DNA of 63,681 nt, filler included, from Guillardia theta CCMP2712 (lineage: Eukaryota; Protista; Cryptophyta): the NCBI RefSeq assembly GCF_000315625.1. It is 4 parts of 4 records of this genome, joined end to end, with 100 filler letters (N's around TTAATTAATTAA, not from the genome) between each part and the next. Parts side by side here need not be neighbours in the genome. Positions count along the whole stretch, not along the records: positions 28,091 to 58,433 come from NW_005434657.1; positions 58,534 to 61,741 come from NW_005434086.1; positions 61,842 to 63,681 come from NW_005434562.1; 1 more part is not named here. One strand, written 5' to 3'. The translations under genes were made by a program, and so were the position numbers. A model generated the notes under the pieces. It searched no databases. It saw only the letters and a list, made by a program, of their open reading frames with translations, and was not told the DNA's origin. Below are positions 51,871-62,669 of the stretch, piece after piece; position 1 is the stretch's first letter; every line of letters begins with the position of its first letter.

Positions 51871-54800
51871 TCACCCTCTCCCTCCTCGTCTTTCGCTTCC
51901 TTCCCTAGCGCTTGACATACAAAGAATAACCCCACACCGGCGGATGCTTCCTCCTGGCGCCGGCAGAACCACCAGCTTGTCCTGCATCGCCTCACCTGCC
52001 GCTACCCATGAGCTCCTCCCCTGCTCCCTCTCTCCCTGCTCCATGCGCTCTGCCTCCTCGCGCCTGCTCACCTTTCCGACCGGAGATGCGGCCGCTGCTC
52101 CACTTGACGGCAGCCGCGGCCATGGCAGGAGAAGCGAACTGACAGTCGCGTCAACGGCTCGTGGGGAGGAGAGGAGGGAAGAGGGAGAAGAGGCAGGAAG
52201 ATCGAGGAGGGAGGAGAGAGGAAGAGAGGGAGTGTCACAAGGATCACCTGAGCGAAAGCATAGAATTGCCTCATTTGGAGCCGGATGACCTGAACAAGCG
52301 GATGAAGAAACTTCTCTTCCTCCCATCGTCTTCACCTGTCCGAACAGCTCCAGTCTCTCTCTCAGCTGCTTCTCGTTGAAGCCGTAGATCCCTCCCAAGT
52401 ACACCTGACCGGGGGTTGAGGTTGCAGGGGCACCATGTTTCATTCTTACCACGCATCCTTCCTTGTCTGCTAGTGGATCTCTGACAGCTCCATGGCTGAT
52501 CAATGGATGCGAGTTTAGAGGGGGATAGATTCGCAAGAGCGAGACGAGTGGGGAAGGAGCAGAGAAGGAAAGGGGCACGAAGTAGACGGGCAGGAAGATT
52601 GAGAAAGGGACATGACATGAAGCAGGGAACGATGAAGGAAGGGAAGGAGGACAGTGATAACCAGAGCTGCTGGAGGGAGTCGCTCCTCTGCTCCCACTGA
52701 GCTCGGATGCTGTGCCATGTGCCCATGACTATCGCTGTTGGTAGATGAGCGTCACCGCAAAAATGAGAAATGTCAGCAGCGGAGAGACCTGTCCTCCTCC
52801 ATTGCTTCAACATCCTACCGACCTACAAACACCTTTGAGTTCTTGTGGACATGCAACACATTCGCTCACATCGCGTTCCGTCTCAGTTACTGGGGCGTCC
52901 ACTCTTGACTTCATGGTTTGATATTGTGATATACATTCTGAGAGGTAAGTGAGATGAGGCAAAGCTTGTGGTAAGTAAGCAGAGATTACCTATGCTGTTG
53001 GCGACTCTACTTGGAGAATCTAAGATGTGTAGTAGGGTGTTTCCCTTGTCGCTGCCATTGCGTCAGAGGTTATCGGCAGTTCCAGCAACAGTACCTGGCA
53101 TCCTCTATTCGCATTTTCAGTCTGTCTATTTGCTCTGGTGATAACAAGCTTCTGGGGAAAAGATTTCAGATCGGAATCATGCGATCCAACCTAAATCTTA
53201 CTCCAAGTCTTCTCGCAACTTCAAAGCTTCTAATTTGGATTTCGCGGTTTGTATGCAGGATTCAAGTGCGGCAACCACAGAATTTGTTTCAAGAGAGTGA
53301 TAGCCTGTGCAATGCAATAAGGAGAAGAAGGAAGATTCATAATTCCAATGTACCTTCATTCTCAACCGGATCCAAGCCATCAGCACCAAAGGAATACCAC
53401 CTGACCATACAGTCACAGGCTCTTCACGGATTCATGCAGATACACGCCTCTTGTTCGCGTCGAGAAGAAGCACCTTGCCGTCGTCATTCGATTTTTTCAC
53501 CACATCATTCAGGGCAGAGACGACTTCTTCTGCTGACATCGCACTCTTCACTGCATACTCATATTCGGGCTCGTCCTTGTGCGAGGCCACAAGTTTGCTT
53601 CTGATACCCTGCTCAACAGATGTCGTGTCCTCTAGGGGAAATTGCTCCACTTGATCGATGGCAGCGCTTTCATTCTTCTGGTCCAGGTTGATGCTAAGGT
53701 CGTCGTCCTGGTCCCCCTCGAAGGGGGAGATTTTCTTAGAGACCTGGACAGGTTCGAGGGCTGACATTGCAGTCCACGAATCAGCTCTTGAGGAAGAGAC
53801 TGTGAGAGCAAAGGAGTAAGAAGCGTTTGTGAAATTCAAATATGTATGTAGAGACCATGTCGGCAGAGCAGAGCAGAATTCGGTGTCACATTCTCGGGTT
53901 GCAAGACAACATGATTTGAAGACGCTGGCAAATCATCTCAATTCAAAGGGAGGTCGAATAGATTGATACCTTTCTCACTCCCTTTCTTTGAGCCAGGCAC
54001 AATTTCGACAGACCTCTTCTTCGTTGCAGAACTTTTTGTAAAACTAGTCGCCTTGGAGTTTGAAGGGACATGATCTGTCTTTAAAAAGTCATCATAGATG
54101 TCGGCAGCTTGAGGCGATTCAAGATTGAGCTTGACACAAGTTGATGGAAAACCTAGAAAAGAAAACTTGACACAGGGGACCCAACACAACTTAAACGAGA
54201 TTACCCTTCTTGCCGTTCGTCAGTGCTGGAACTTTCAGCTCTTCTGACGGAGAAAAGTCTGAACTGATGTCCCACTCGTGCTCAATCTTCTTGACATTTC
54301 GAGAAACCTGCTTTTTTCCTGCAATACACTGTCACGATGCGGAGAGGTCTATCTCTGCCTCGTGGACCTGATGGCTGCCGTGGCGGAGACAAGAGCATCC
54401 TGTAGTCCTGTTGGAGGGGCTTTCTCACCCGTCGAGGATATTCCTTTGATTGTTCCGAGACTGCTCCTAAATCACCCCGCAATGCTGCTGCCAGCGCGTC
54501 GTTCGCACGCGTCCCCCATCTCGGAGAAAGCTGCCCGCTTCTTGTCATTCTCGGCGCTGGTTTTCGCGCTGCAACCAACGGAGGCTGTCTGCTCCTGGGG
54601 TTTGTGTTCGATGCCCGCTTGGTAGTTACGCGCTTGACGCTGGGAGGTTTAGGGCGACCTTTCAGAGCTCTCTTAGCACAGAGGTTCTCAAGGTCTTTCC
54701 TCACAGCCTTGGCAATGTCTCCTTCATAGCTACTGTCACCCCGATCGATGCTTTCCTTGTCTGAAATCAGATCCAGCCACTTGGGCTTCGGAGCCTCCCT

Positions 54801-55097
54801 GCGCTTCTCTTCTTTCCAGACCGAGCTCCAGTCCGGATCGCAGGAAGTGTCGTCTTCTGAGCTGTGAGAGAGCTGCCAGTCCTTCTTCCGCCTTCCTCCT
54901 GCAAACCGTGTCCCCCCTCGCAACACAAGCCTTGTAACCTGACATTGCTCGTGCCCCTGCAGTTCCACCAAGGTGATAGGAACATTCTTGTTTCCGTATA
55001 CGATTGTCGGCAACTTGGTGAGTGAGTCAGCACCAACTCCGTCATCCTGCTGGCAGAGGATGGCAGAGACAACGATCAAAACCTTCCAGATCTGCAT
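51871..55097 (-). CDS. Signal-peptide/LRGG-presequence protein with C-terminal RRM-like fragments (may be more than one gene)
   Basis: MQIWKVLIVVSAILCQ...RLVLRGG; internal exons 53938-54189, 53432-53839, 53198-53416; RRM-like QVYLGGIYGFNEKQLRERLELFGQV. Confidence 0.5.
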
Positions 55098-55968
55098 TCC
55101 TACATCATCCGCTCTACATGGGGTTGGCGAAGTTGTTGAAGCGCATGCAGCGCCCGTGGAATCATGCCCAGGATGGCACCCTGGTGATGATAGAGCCTTT
55201 CCGTTGACTTCGTGCCCAATTCATCTCCTCGCAGCGAACGACAAATCTGAATCCTGGGTCGGCAAGGCTATCTGGATCAAGTGTCAGAACAATCTCAGTG
55301 CGAATGATCCTCTCTAAATCTTCCAAAATCCTTCGAACACGATATTATGAGATATTCATGTCATTAGATCATAGCGTTTCTTGTTCATGTTCTAACACTG
55401 ATGTCCATGTTCCAAGTCCTGCCCTTCCTCCTCATCATCTATTCGTCCATTCATCCATCAGACCATCACTCCCTCCTCCTTCAATACTTTCTGTCCTCCC
55501 TACGCCCCTACCATTACCGTCATTTCTTCCCCAGCCCTCTCTCACCATTTCGCTCCCTCGTATCCTTCCTCTCATTCCCGCCCTTCCCTTCTGACCACCC
55601 CACCCTCATCCTTACCTGGTGAGTGACACACCCACCTATTTAAATTCAACACCCACCTCTTTCACTAAATTACCATCATCTTGTACCCTACCTATGAAAT
55701 TCGGTATATTCATACCTGATATATACCCCTTTAAAGTACCCCATTAATTGTGTGTACCTACCCCCTACAATTCAAGACCCAGTCAGGACCTTTTGATCCC
55801 CCGTTTCTCTATTAACTAAATTCTCAAAAGAGCAATGGCGGGGTTGGGGTGGTGTGTAGAATTTGAAAGTTTGAAACTTCGGAAACCTCGGAAAGATTTT
55901 GTGAATGAAAGTTTTCTAATGAAAGTTCGCCCATGACCTACTAGGAAGTTTATGAAGTTTTGACGCTA

Positions 55969-58410
55969 ATGCGGTACCTGGCCGGGGGAACGCTACTGCT
56001 GCTGGCAATGCTGGCGAGTGGGAGCGAAGATGAAGGTTGTTCGAGCATGATCTACGAGATGCTTTTCTTGCTCCATCTGAACTTTCTCTCCCCTGATAGT
56101 TTCCTGCCCTCTTCTTATATGACTCAATTGATCTGCATCGCAGGTCACCATTTCTCCTTCAGTTACCTTGGAAGGTATGAAAGTTACAGTTCCTCTCCTC
56201 TCTGGTTCTGACGAGATCTCTATGGCTCGTCTCTTCTTGGTCTGCCTTTTCTCCTTCCGAAGAGAAATTTCCTTCTCTATGTCTCCCGAATTTTCAGCTG
56301 ACGCTCTGTCTATCAAGTATTTCCATTGCTACTTCCTGCTATAGGTGCTGCTGACCTTCTCGAAATCATCAGGTCATGTCAAAAGTTCGGATTAGATCCT
56401 GAGGTTCATCGGAGATCCTTGAGAGAGTACATTGAGAACAAGGTCGGCTAACAGCTGCCTTGCCATCGAATGCCAGATGCTTTGTCACGACAGTTCGTGT
56501 TTGCGACTGACCTTCTTCACATGTTCATGTGCCGTTGATCATGCTTGCAAGTGTTGCTCATGCTCCCACGTATGATTCAGTCTGCAGGTCGCAGAGCACT
56601 TCGATGACGAGCGGATTCGAAATGTGAGGGACAGGCGCCTTCCTGTCCTCGTTCTCACCGTGCGAAGGGCATGCTGTCGCTGGATAAGGAGGCGAGATGG
56701 TTCGCCGAATCGGTCTGTAGAGATTTTCCATCTCTCCATGGGTAAGAGAGAAGAAGTGAAGGGAGAAATACACGAGATTGAGCTCAACAATAGGTTGGGA
56801 CACTCAAGATTTTCGCTGAGGAATGAGCCCCGAAGGATTATCGACGCCTTCCCGTTCTTCAACGAGATCGGTAATCATACGTCTTGACTGTGCAGATGCA
56901 TTCTTGGACTCACTTACTTGAAGAGATATTGCAAGTTCGTATCAAAGAGCTGGATCCCGTGAGATTCATTGCTCGCTCTTGGAGATTCATTGCTCGCTCT
57001 TGCCGACTGTTCTGATTCCCATGCTCTTTCCTTTGACGCGCAGGTCGTGGATAAATTTATCCTGGTGGAAAGTGCAATGACCCACTCTGGGTTCCCGAAG
57101 GAGCTGATCTTTGAAAGCAACCGTAACCTGCTCGTGAGAAGCATCTCGGTTCTCGTTGACACCTCGAGCAGGCAACTTCTTCGAACCATGGCTTGAGAAG
57201 ATTGTCCACATTATCCTCGACTCTCTGCCCAACTCGCCAGATCACTGGGTCAGGTGAGACATCGAAACCTTGCTGCCAGCATGTCTTACAAACTTCTCGA
57301 CAGAGAACGAGCGCAAAGAGATGGAATCCATGAAGGGTTGGAGCAGGTCTTTCCTGCAGATCCAGTCCTCCAGTCAGTTCACGAGTGACGTTGAGCGCTG
57401 TAGTCTGGTGCCGATGGGGAAGACCTCCTCATAGTCTCAGATACCGACGAGATCCCAAGAAGGTGCAGTCCCATGTTGACCCTCCTCCTTGGTTCGCTCA
57501 GCGGCTGGTTCGCACGGTTACTCGCCTTTCCTCAGGTCAACCATCCGGGCCCTGAGCTGGTGCGATGGTTTCCGATCTCCTCTGCAGGTGAAGAGCTGCG
57601 GGGGGGGGAGGGGGCATGACGAGTTGACTTGAACTTCCGAAGCTTCGTAGCGCCTTCTTCTACTACTCCTTGGAGCACCGGTGTCGTTCCCCTCCCCTTC
57701 CCCATCCCTCCCTCCTCTCGCATCTTGACCTTTCCTCCTTCCTTGACCCTCCCTCCCCTCCCCTCCCACACTGCCCCTGCTAACGTTTCCCCTCTGCCAG
57801 CTGGACAGAGAGGCTGGACGTCGGGTACCGACCGTTCCAATGGAAGCAGCCGCGGGCCATCCTGGTGTCTCAGGTCGCACTAGGAGCATGTGATCGAAAT
57901 CCTCTCACACCTGATCGGGCAGTTGGCCTTCCCCCGTCTCACTGTCAACCATCTCCGGTATGACCCTGCAGACGAGGCTTCCAACAATATGGATGTGAGT
58001 CCTCCTGCTCCTCATCATCATCATCCTTCACCTTCTTCTCCTCCTCGTGCTCCTCCCCCTCTCCTTCACCCCTTCCTATTTGGAAAGCTTTTCCCCCCTT
58101 CCCCTCCTCGTTCCCCTTCTCATTCCGTTGCTTCCTCCTTCTCCTCTCTTGCCCCATCTCCTTCCCTTCTCCACCTCCTCCTTGTAAAGTTCTCCGGCAG
58201 GTCATACTCGACGCCAGCTGGCACCTGAGTTTCTTCGGCGGTGTCGATCGAATCAAGACTAAGATTGAAGCATATGCGCATCAGGTACCCGGGAGATCGC
58301 ACAGCCCATGTCTTGACGGCACTTAGGAGAACAACGTGGCCGAGCTGAAGAGCACTGAGCACTTGATCAACTCTACTAAGCAGGGACAAGATTTGTTTCG
58401 AAGAGGTCAA
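55969..58410 (+). CDS. Glycosyltransferase family 17 (MGAT3-like) protein, 3' end lost in gap
   Basis: Signal MRYLAGGTLLLLAMLA; IIDAFPFFNEI, VVDKFILVESAMTHSGFPKELIF, KIVHII, DTDEIP motifs typical of GT17. Confidence 0.75.
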
Positions 58411-58542
58411 TCCTCTCTCTCTCTCTCTCTCTCNNNNNNNNNNNNNNNNNNNNNNNNNNNNNNNNNNNNNNNNNNNNTTAATTAATTAANNNNNNNNNNN
58501 NNNNNNNNNNNNNNNNNNNNNNNNNNNNNNNNNGTGTACGGC

Positions 58543-58676
58543 AGACACTCGCACCTACTTGGTTTAACGCCGAGGACCGAGCTCAGGAGTACCCGTAGTC
58601 AGTGTCAGACTGTTAGGCCAGATAGCACCCGGGTGTGTAGACAGGTCATAGGCTACTAGGATGTCGCGCGATGTCG
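58543..58676 (+). promoter_or_regulatory. Conserved four-block leader, copy 1
   Basis: AGACACTC (58543), GAGCTCAGGAGTACCCGTAGTCAG (58579), AGCACCCGGGTGTGTAG (58624), TAGGATGTCGCGCGATGTCG (58657); the same blocks occur in order at 60002-60139. Confidence 0.55.
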
Positions 58677-58909
58677 GGCTCTGGCAAGGGATCGGGTGAG
58701 ACCGGGTTACCCGTTAATGAGAGTTGGCGTGTATGGACTATGGTGGAGGGGTGGCTTCGGCCCTGTGGTGGGTGAGGGGGTGGTGCTGAGGAATGGATCT
58801 GGTCTTGTGCTGACCGCTGACGTGGCTATCAAAGACCACCATCAGAAGCATGACGACTGAGTCACTCGGGGGCCTCTCTCATGGACGCGATTCCAACCCC
58901 CCCGATGTC
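58670..58909 (+). ncRNA. Candidate structured RNA 1 (unassigned family)
   Basis: Nested pairings GATGTCGGG/CCCGATGTC, GGGATCG/CGATTCC, CGTTAATGAGAG/CTCTCATGGACG, ATGGTGG/CCACCAT with G-U wobbles favouring the + strand; GGC-TTCG-GCC tetraloop at 58753-58762. Confidence 0.55.
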
Positions 58910-59138
58910 TTCATCCATCCTCCCCTTGGACAAGACAAGGTCTCCAACCTCTTCCTCCTGAATGCCGGTTTTCGCTGCCTCCTTCGTTTCCTAGTATTTT
59001 ATTGAGGCGGGTTTGTTGGCTCTATCCTCCCCCTCCTTTGTTTGCTCCGGTTTGTCCTTCTTTTTCAGTCAATAAATTGAATGATCACTTGCTTTCCTTT
59101 CTCTCCTCCCATTCATCTCTCCCTCGCACCCATCACGC

Positions 59139-59661
59139 CATCTTGCTCTAGAGTCACTTTGCTCGGACTCTTGTTTGTCTTGGCAACACCTTCTTCCATC
59201 TTGCTCTAGAGTCACTTTGCTCGGACTCTTGTTTGTCTTGGCAACACCTTCTTCCATCTTGCTCTAGAGTCACTTTGCTCGGACTCTTGTTTGTCTTGGC
59301 AACACCTTCTTCCATCTTGCTCTAGAGTCACTTTNNNNNNNNNNNNNNNNNNNNNNNNNNNNNNNNNNNNNNNNNNNNNNNNNNNNNNNNNNNNNNNNNN
59401 NNNNNNNNNNNNNNNNNNNNNNNNNNNNNNNNNNNNNNNNNNNNNNNNNNNNNNNNNNNNNNNNNNNNNNNNNNNNNNNNTTCTTCATCTTGCTCTAGAG
59501 TCACTTTGCTCGGACTCTTGTTTGTCTTGGCAACACCTTCTTCCATCTTGCTCTAGAGTCACTTTGCTCGGACTCTTGTTTGTCTTGGCAACACCTTCTT
59601 CCATCTTGCTCTAGAGTCACTTTGCTCGGACTCTTGTTTGTCTTGGCAACACCTTCTTCCA
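59139..59661. repeat. 58-bp tandem repeat (>=6 sequenced copies, spans N-gap)
   Basis: Unit CATCTTGCTCTAGAGTCACTTTGCTCGGACTCTTGTTTGTCTTGGCAACACCTTCTTC; internal AGAGTC/GACTCT inverted repeat. Confidence 0.95.
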
Positions 59662-60001
59662 CTCTTCCGTGTGAGACGCTGTCATCGGTCACCTGACGCC
59701 GCGCGTCGACCCGAAACGAAGAGACAAGTTGGTTCGTGCCGAGCATCGTTTGTCCCAAGAGTCATCGTGTGCTGATCCGAGGTTCTCAGCTGCTCGTGTA
59801 ACTCCGGATCTTGAATGTTTGATCGGTCAGAGTTCGTTTCACTCTACTGCGTCTTACAAGATTCAGTAACGAGGAGAACAGTCACATAGGCTAGTGTAGC
59901 CGTTCTCTTTGGTTGCCGGGTCAGGCAAGTTCACCCCACGTCTCTTGGTACTAACTTTAGTCTATTTCAAACCTAAATTCAGTTGAGTCAAGAAGGAAAA
60001 G

Positions 60002-60139
60002 AGACACTCAGAGGTCTTCTTGCCACTTCAAGGGTGGATCCGACGAGCTCAGGAGTACCGGTAGTCAGCAGAGCTCATACAGCACCCGGGGGTGTAGTGT
60101 AGATAGAGCAGTGATCTAGTAGGTTGCCTCGCGAGGCCG
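60002..60139 (+). promoter_or_regulatory. Conserved four-block leader, copy 2
   Basis: AGACACTC (60002), GAGCTCAGGAGTACCGGTAGTCAG (60045), AGCACCCGGGGGTGTAG (60081), TAGGTTGCCTCGCGAGGCCG (60120). Confidence 0.55.
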
Positions 60140-60364
60140 CCGCGCTGCCGCTGTCACTGACGCAAGAGTCAGTCATGGTGTGTTGAGAGCGATCGGAGGA
60201 CGGTGCTGGCCCGGGCGATCTTGTTTGCTCGCTACTAGGCTGACGGACATCAAGGTCCAGTCAGCCGCAGCCGAGGCTCCCGATCACTGACTGAGATCGC
60301 AGTAGATGACTAAGTTAGTCAATCCTCTCAACGGTTTTCATCGGCACTGCGGCAGTCCGCCTCG
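60132..60364 (+). ncRNA. Candidate structured RNA 2 (paralogue of RNA 1)
   Basis: CGAGGC/GCCTCG, CTGCCGC/GCGGCAG, hairpin ACTGAC/GTCAGT (60156-60173), GTTGAGAG/CTCTCAAC, GATCGG/CCGATC, hairpin GGCTGACGGAC/GTCCAGTCAGCC (60238-60266), TGACTA/TAGTCA (60307-60321). Confidence 0.55.
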
Positions 60365-60694
60365 GATCCGTTGCTCATTGAGCGTCCACCCCTTACGCTG
60401 ACTAGCGGAAACCTTGAGCTTCTGGGGGTGGGGTAGGGCAGTGCAAAATACATCAACAGGTAGGGTAGGCTGGTGTTGCTCACCCGTACCTGATAGGCGG
60501 AAACCATGGGATTGAAGAGGGTAGTATACGACTAGGGTAGGGCTCCATGTAGAGGGGTGGTTGGGCGGGAAACATGGCAGGAGGATGAAGGGAGAGAGCG
60601 GGAGGAGAGAGGGAGAGAGGATGGAAGGAGCTTGAGGGAGGGTGACGACAAGCTTGTCTTGTCGCTAGAGTGTGAGAGATGTCTTGTAGCTGCT

Positions 60695-61485
60695 GCAGAG
60701 AGAAAGAGAAGAGGAGAAGAGGAGAAGAGGAGAGGAGAAGATAGAAGAGGAGAGGATAGAAGAGGAGAGAATAGGAGAGGAGAGGCGAGGAGAGGAGGGG
60801 AGAGGAGTTTAGTGAAATAAACAGGAGAGGAGGAGAGGAGCAAAAAGGAGAGGAGATGATAAAAGAGGAAAGGGGAGGCGAGGAGAGGAGAGGAGAGGAG
60901 AGGAGAGGAGAGGGGAGGAGAGGAGAGGAGAGGAGAGGAGAGGAGAGGAGAGGAGAGGAGAGGAGAGAAGTTTAGTGAAATGGAGAGAAATGGAGAAAAG
61001 AGAAGCGAAGAGAAGAGGAGTTTGGTGAAATCGAGAGAAGAAGAGGGGAGGGGAGGAGAGGAGGGCAAAGCAGAGCAGATGAGGGAAGGGAAAGGAAGGG
61101 AAGAGAACAGGAGAGAAGTCAAGGGAAACAAAAGAAGTGAAGAGAAGAGAAGGAGAGGAGAGGGGAGGGGAGGAGAGAAGAAGAGAGGAGATGAATGGAG
61201 GAGAATGAATAAAAAGGGAAGCGAAGGGAAGTGAAGAAAAAAGCAGAGAAGCCAAGCCAAGCGAGGAGAGGAGAGAAGAGAAAAAAAAGGAGAGGGAAGG
61301 AAAGGAGAGAAAAACTGGGAGAGGAGAGGAAAAAGGAAAGGGGATGAGAGGAGAGGAATGGAGAGAACAGCAGAGAAGAGAAGAATCGAAAGAGCAAAGA
61401 AAAGAAGAGGAGAGGGGAGGGGAAAAGAACGACAAGAGGAGCGGGAACAGGAGAGTTAAGAGAGAACGAGGGATGAGGAGAGCAG
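60695..61485. repeat. ~800-bp degenerate polypurine (GAGAG/GAAGA) tract
   Basis: Almost entirely G/A on the + strand. Confidence 0.85.
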
Positions 61486-61559
61486 AGCCGAGAGCATCTC
61501 TCGATGACATGACGCTTGTGACAGGCGTTGAGATCTGTTGCGCCTTGTCCCCTCCTGCT

Positions 61560-62615
61560 AGTCTGGTACGGCATGGGGAAGGATGTACAGAGAGAGATCC
61601 TAGAGCTTGAGCGTGAGCTCTTGACCTTGAGAGTCAAGAATGAAGTGCTGCTCGCCCACACCTCCGCTCTCGCTCAAATCAGAAATCCCACGGCTCATCC
61701 ACCAGCTAGTGCCCAGCAGACGACCAGCTGGACTATCCCCGNNNNNNNNNNNNNNNNNNNNNNNNNNNNNNNNNNNNNNNNNNNNTTAATTAATTAANNN
61801 NNNNNNNNNNNNNNNNNNNNNNNNNNNNNNNNNNNNNNNNNTCCTCCTCTTTCTCCCTTGCCTCATCCTTACTCTGCTTGTTTCCAGAAACTAGCGTGAG
61901 GAGCGATGGCCGTTCAAGAGCAACAGACTTGCTGTGCCTCCTGCTCCCATCCCTGAGACAAGCAAGAGGGTGAAGAAGCCGCGCAGCACTGGAGGTGGAA
62001 GAGAGGAGGAGGAGGAGGAGGAGGAGGAGGAGTGATATTTTTGCAGCCGATATCTTGAGACGGCAAGCGATTCAAAAGGCGATGAAGGAGAAAGAGGAGG
62101 AGAAGAAGCGCAAGGAGGAAGAAGTTCGTGAGGCCGTGAAGCGACGCCAGGAGTTGTGGGGCATGAAGGATCGGGTGAGACGGGAGGAGCAGGAGCAGGA
62201 GCAGGAGCAGGAGGCGCTAATGCTGATGCTGATGTGGTTCATTGTGCAGGTGCTGAATGCTCTAGCGAAAGGAGAGGAGGAGAGGAGGAGAGAGAATCAG
62301 AAGAGAGAGGAGGAGATGAAGATGGAGCGAAGAGATTTCAAGAACAAGACGAAGGAGCACCAGGAGAGACTGAAAGGTTTCTACCAGAACGCCAACGAGC
62401 GAAGCTTGCTCATGCACTCAGTTGCTCGAAGATTGAAGCAGGAAGTGACCAAGAAGGTGAGATGGGGAGGGGGAGCGAGGAGAGTTGTGGGGGGGGGNNN
62501 NNNNNNNNNNNNNNNNNNNNNNNNNNNNNNNNNNNNNNNNNNNNNNNNNNNNNNNNNNNNNNNNNNNNNNNNNNNNNNNNNNNNNNNNNNNNNNNNNAAA
62601 ATTGGTTGCCAGTAT

Positions 62616-62669
<54 letters not shown>

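Noticed and set aside
58784-58792. Hammerhead ribozyme core (CTGAGGA)
   Set aside because: No correctly placed GAAA and cleavage triplet found.
58860-58887. RNase MRP RNA (CTCGGGGGCCTCTCTCA resembles CR-V/P1)
   Set aside because: No upstream GAAAGTCCCC-type CR-I partner to form P4, and no equivalent motif in copy 2.
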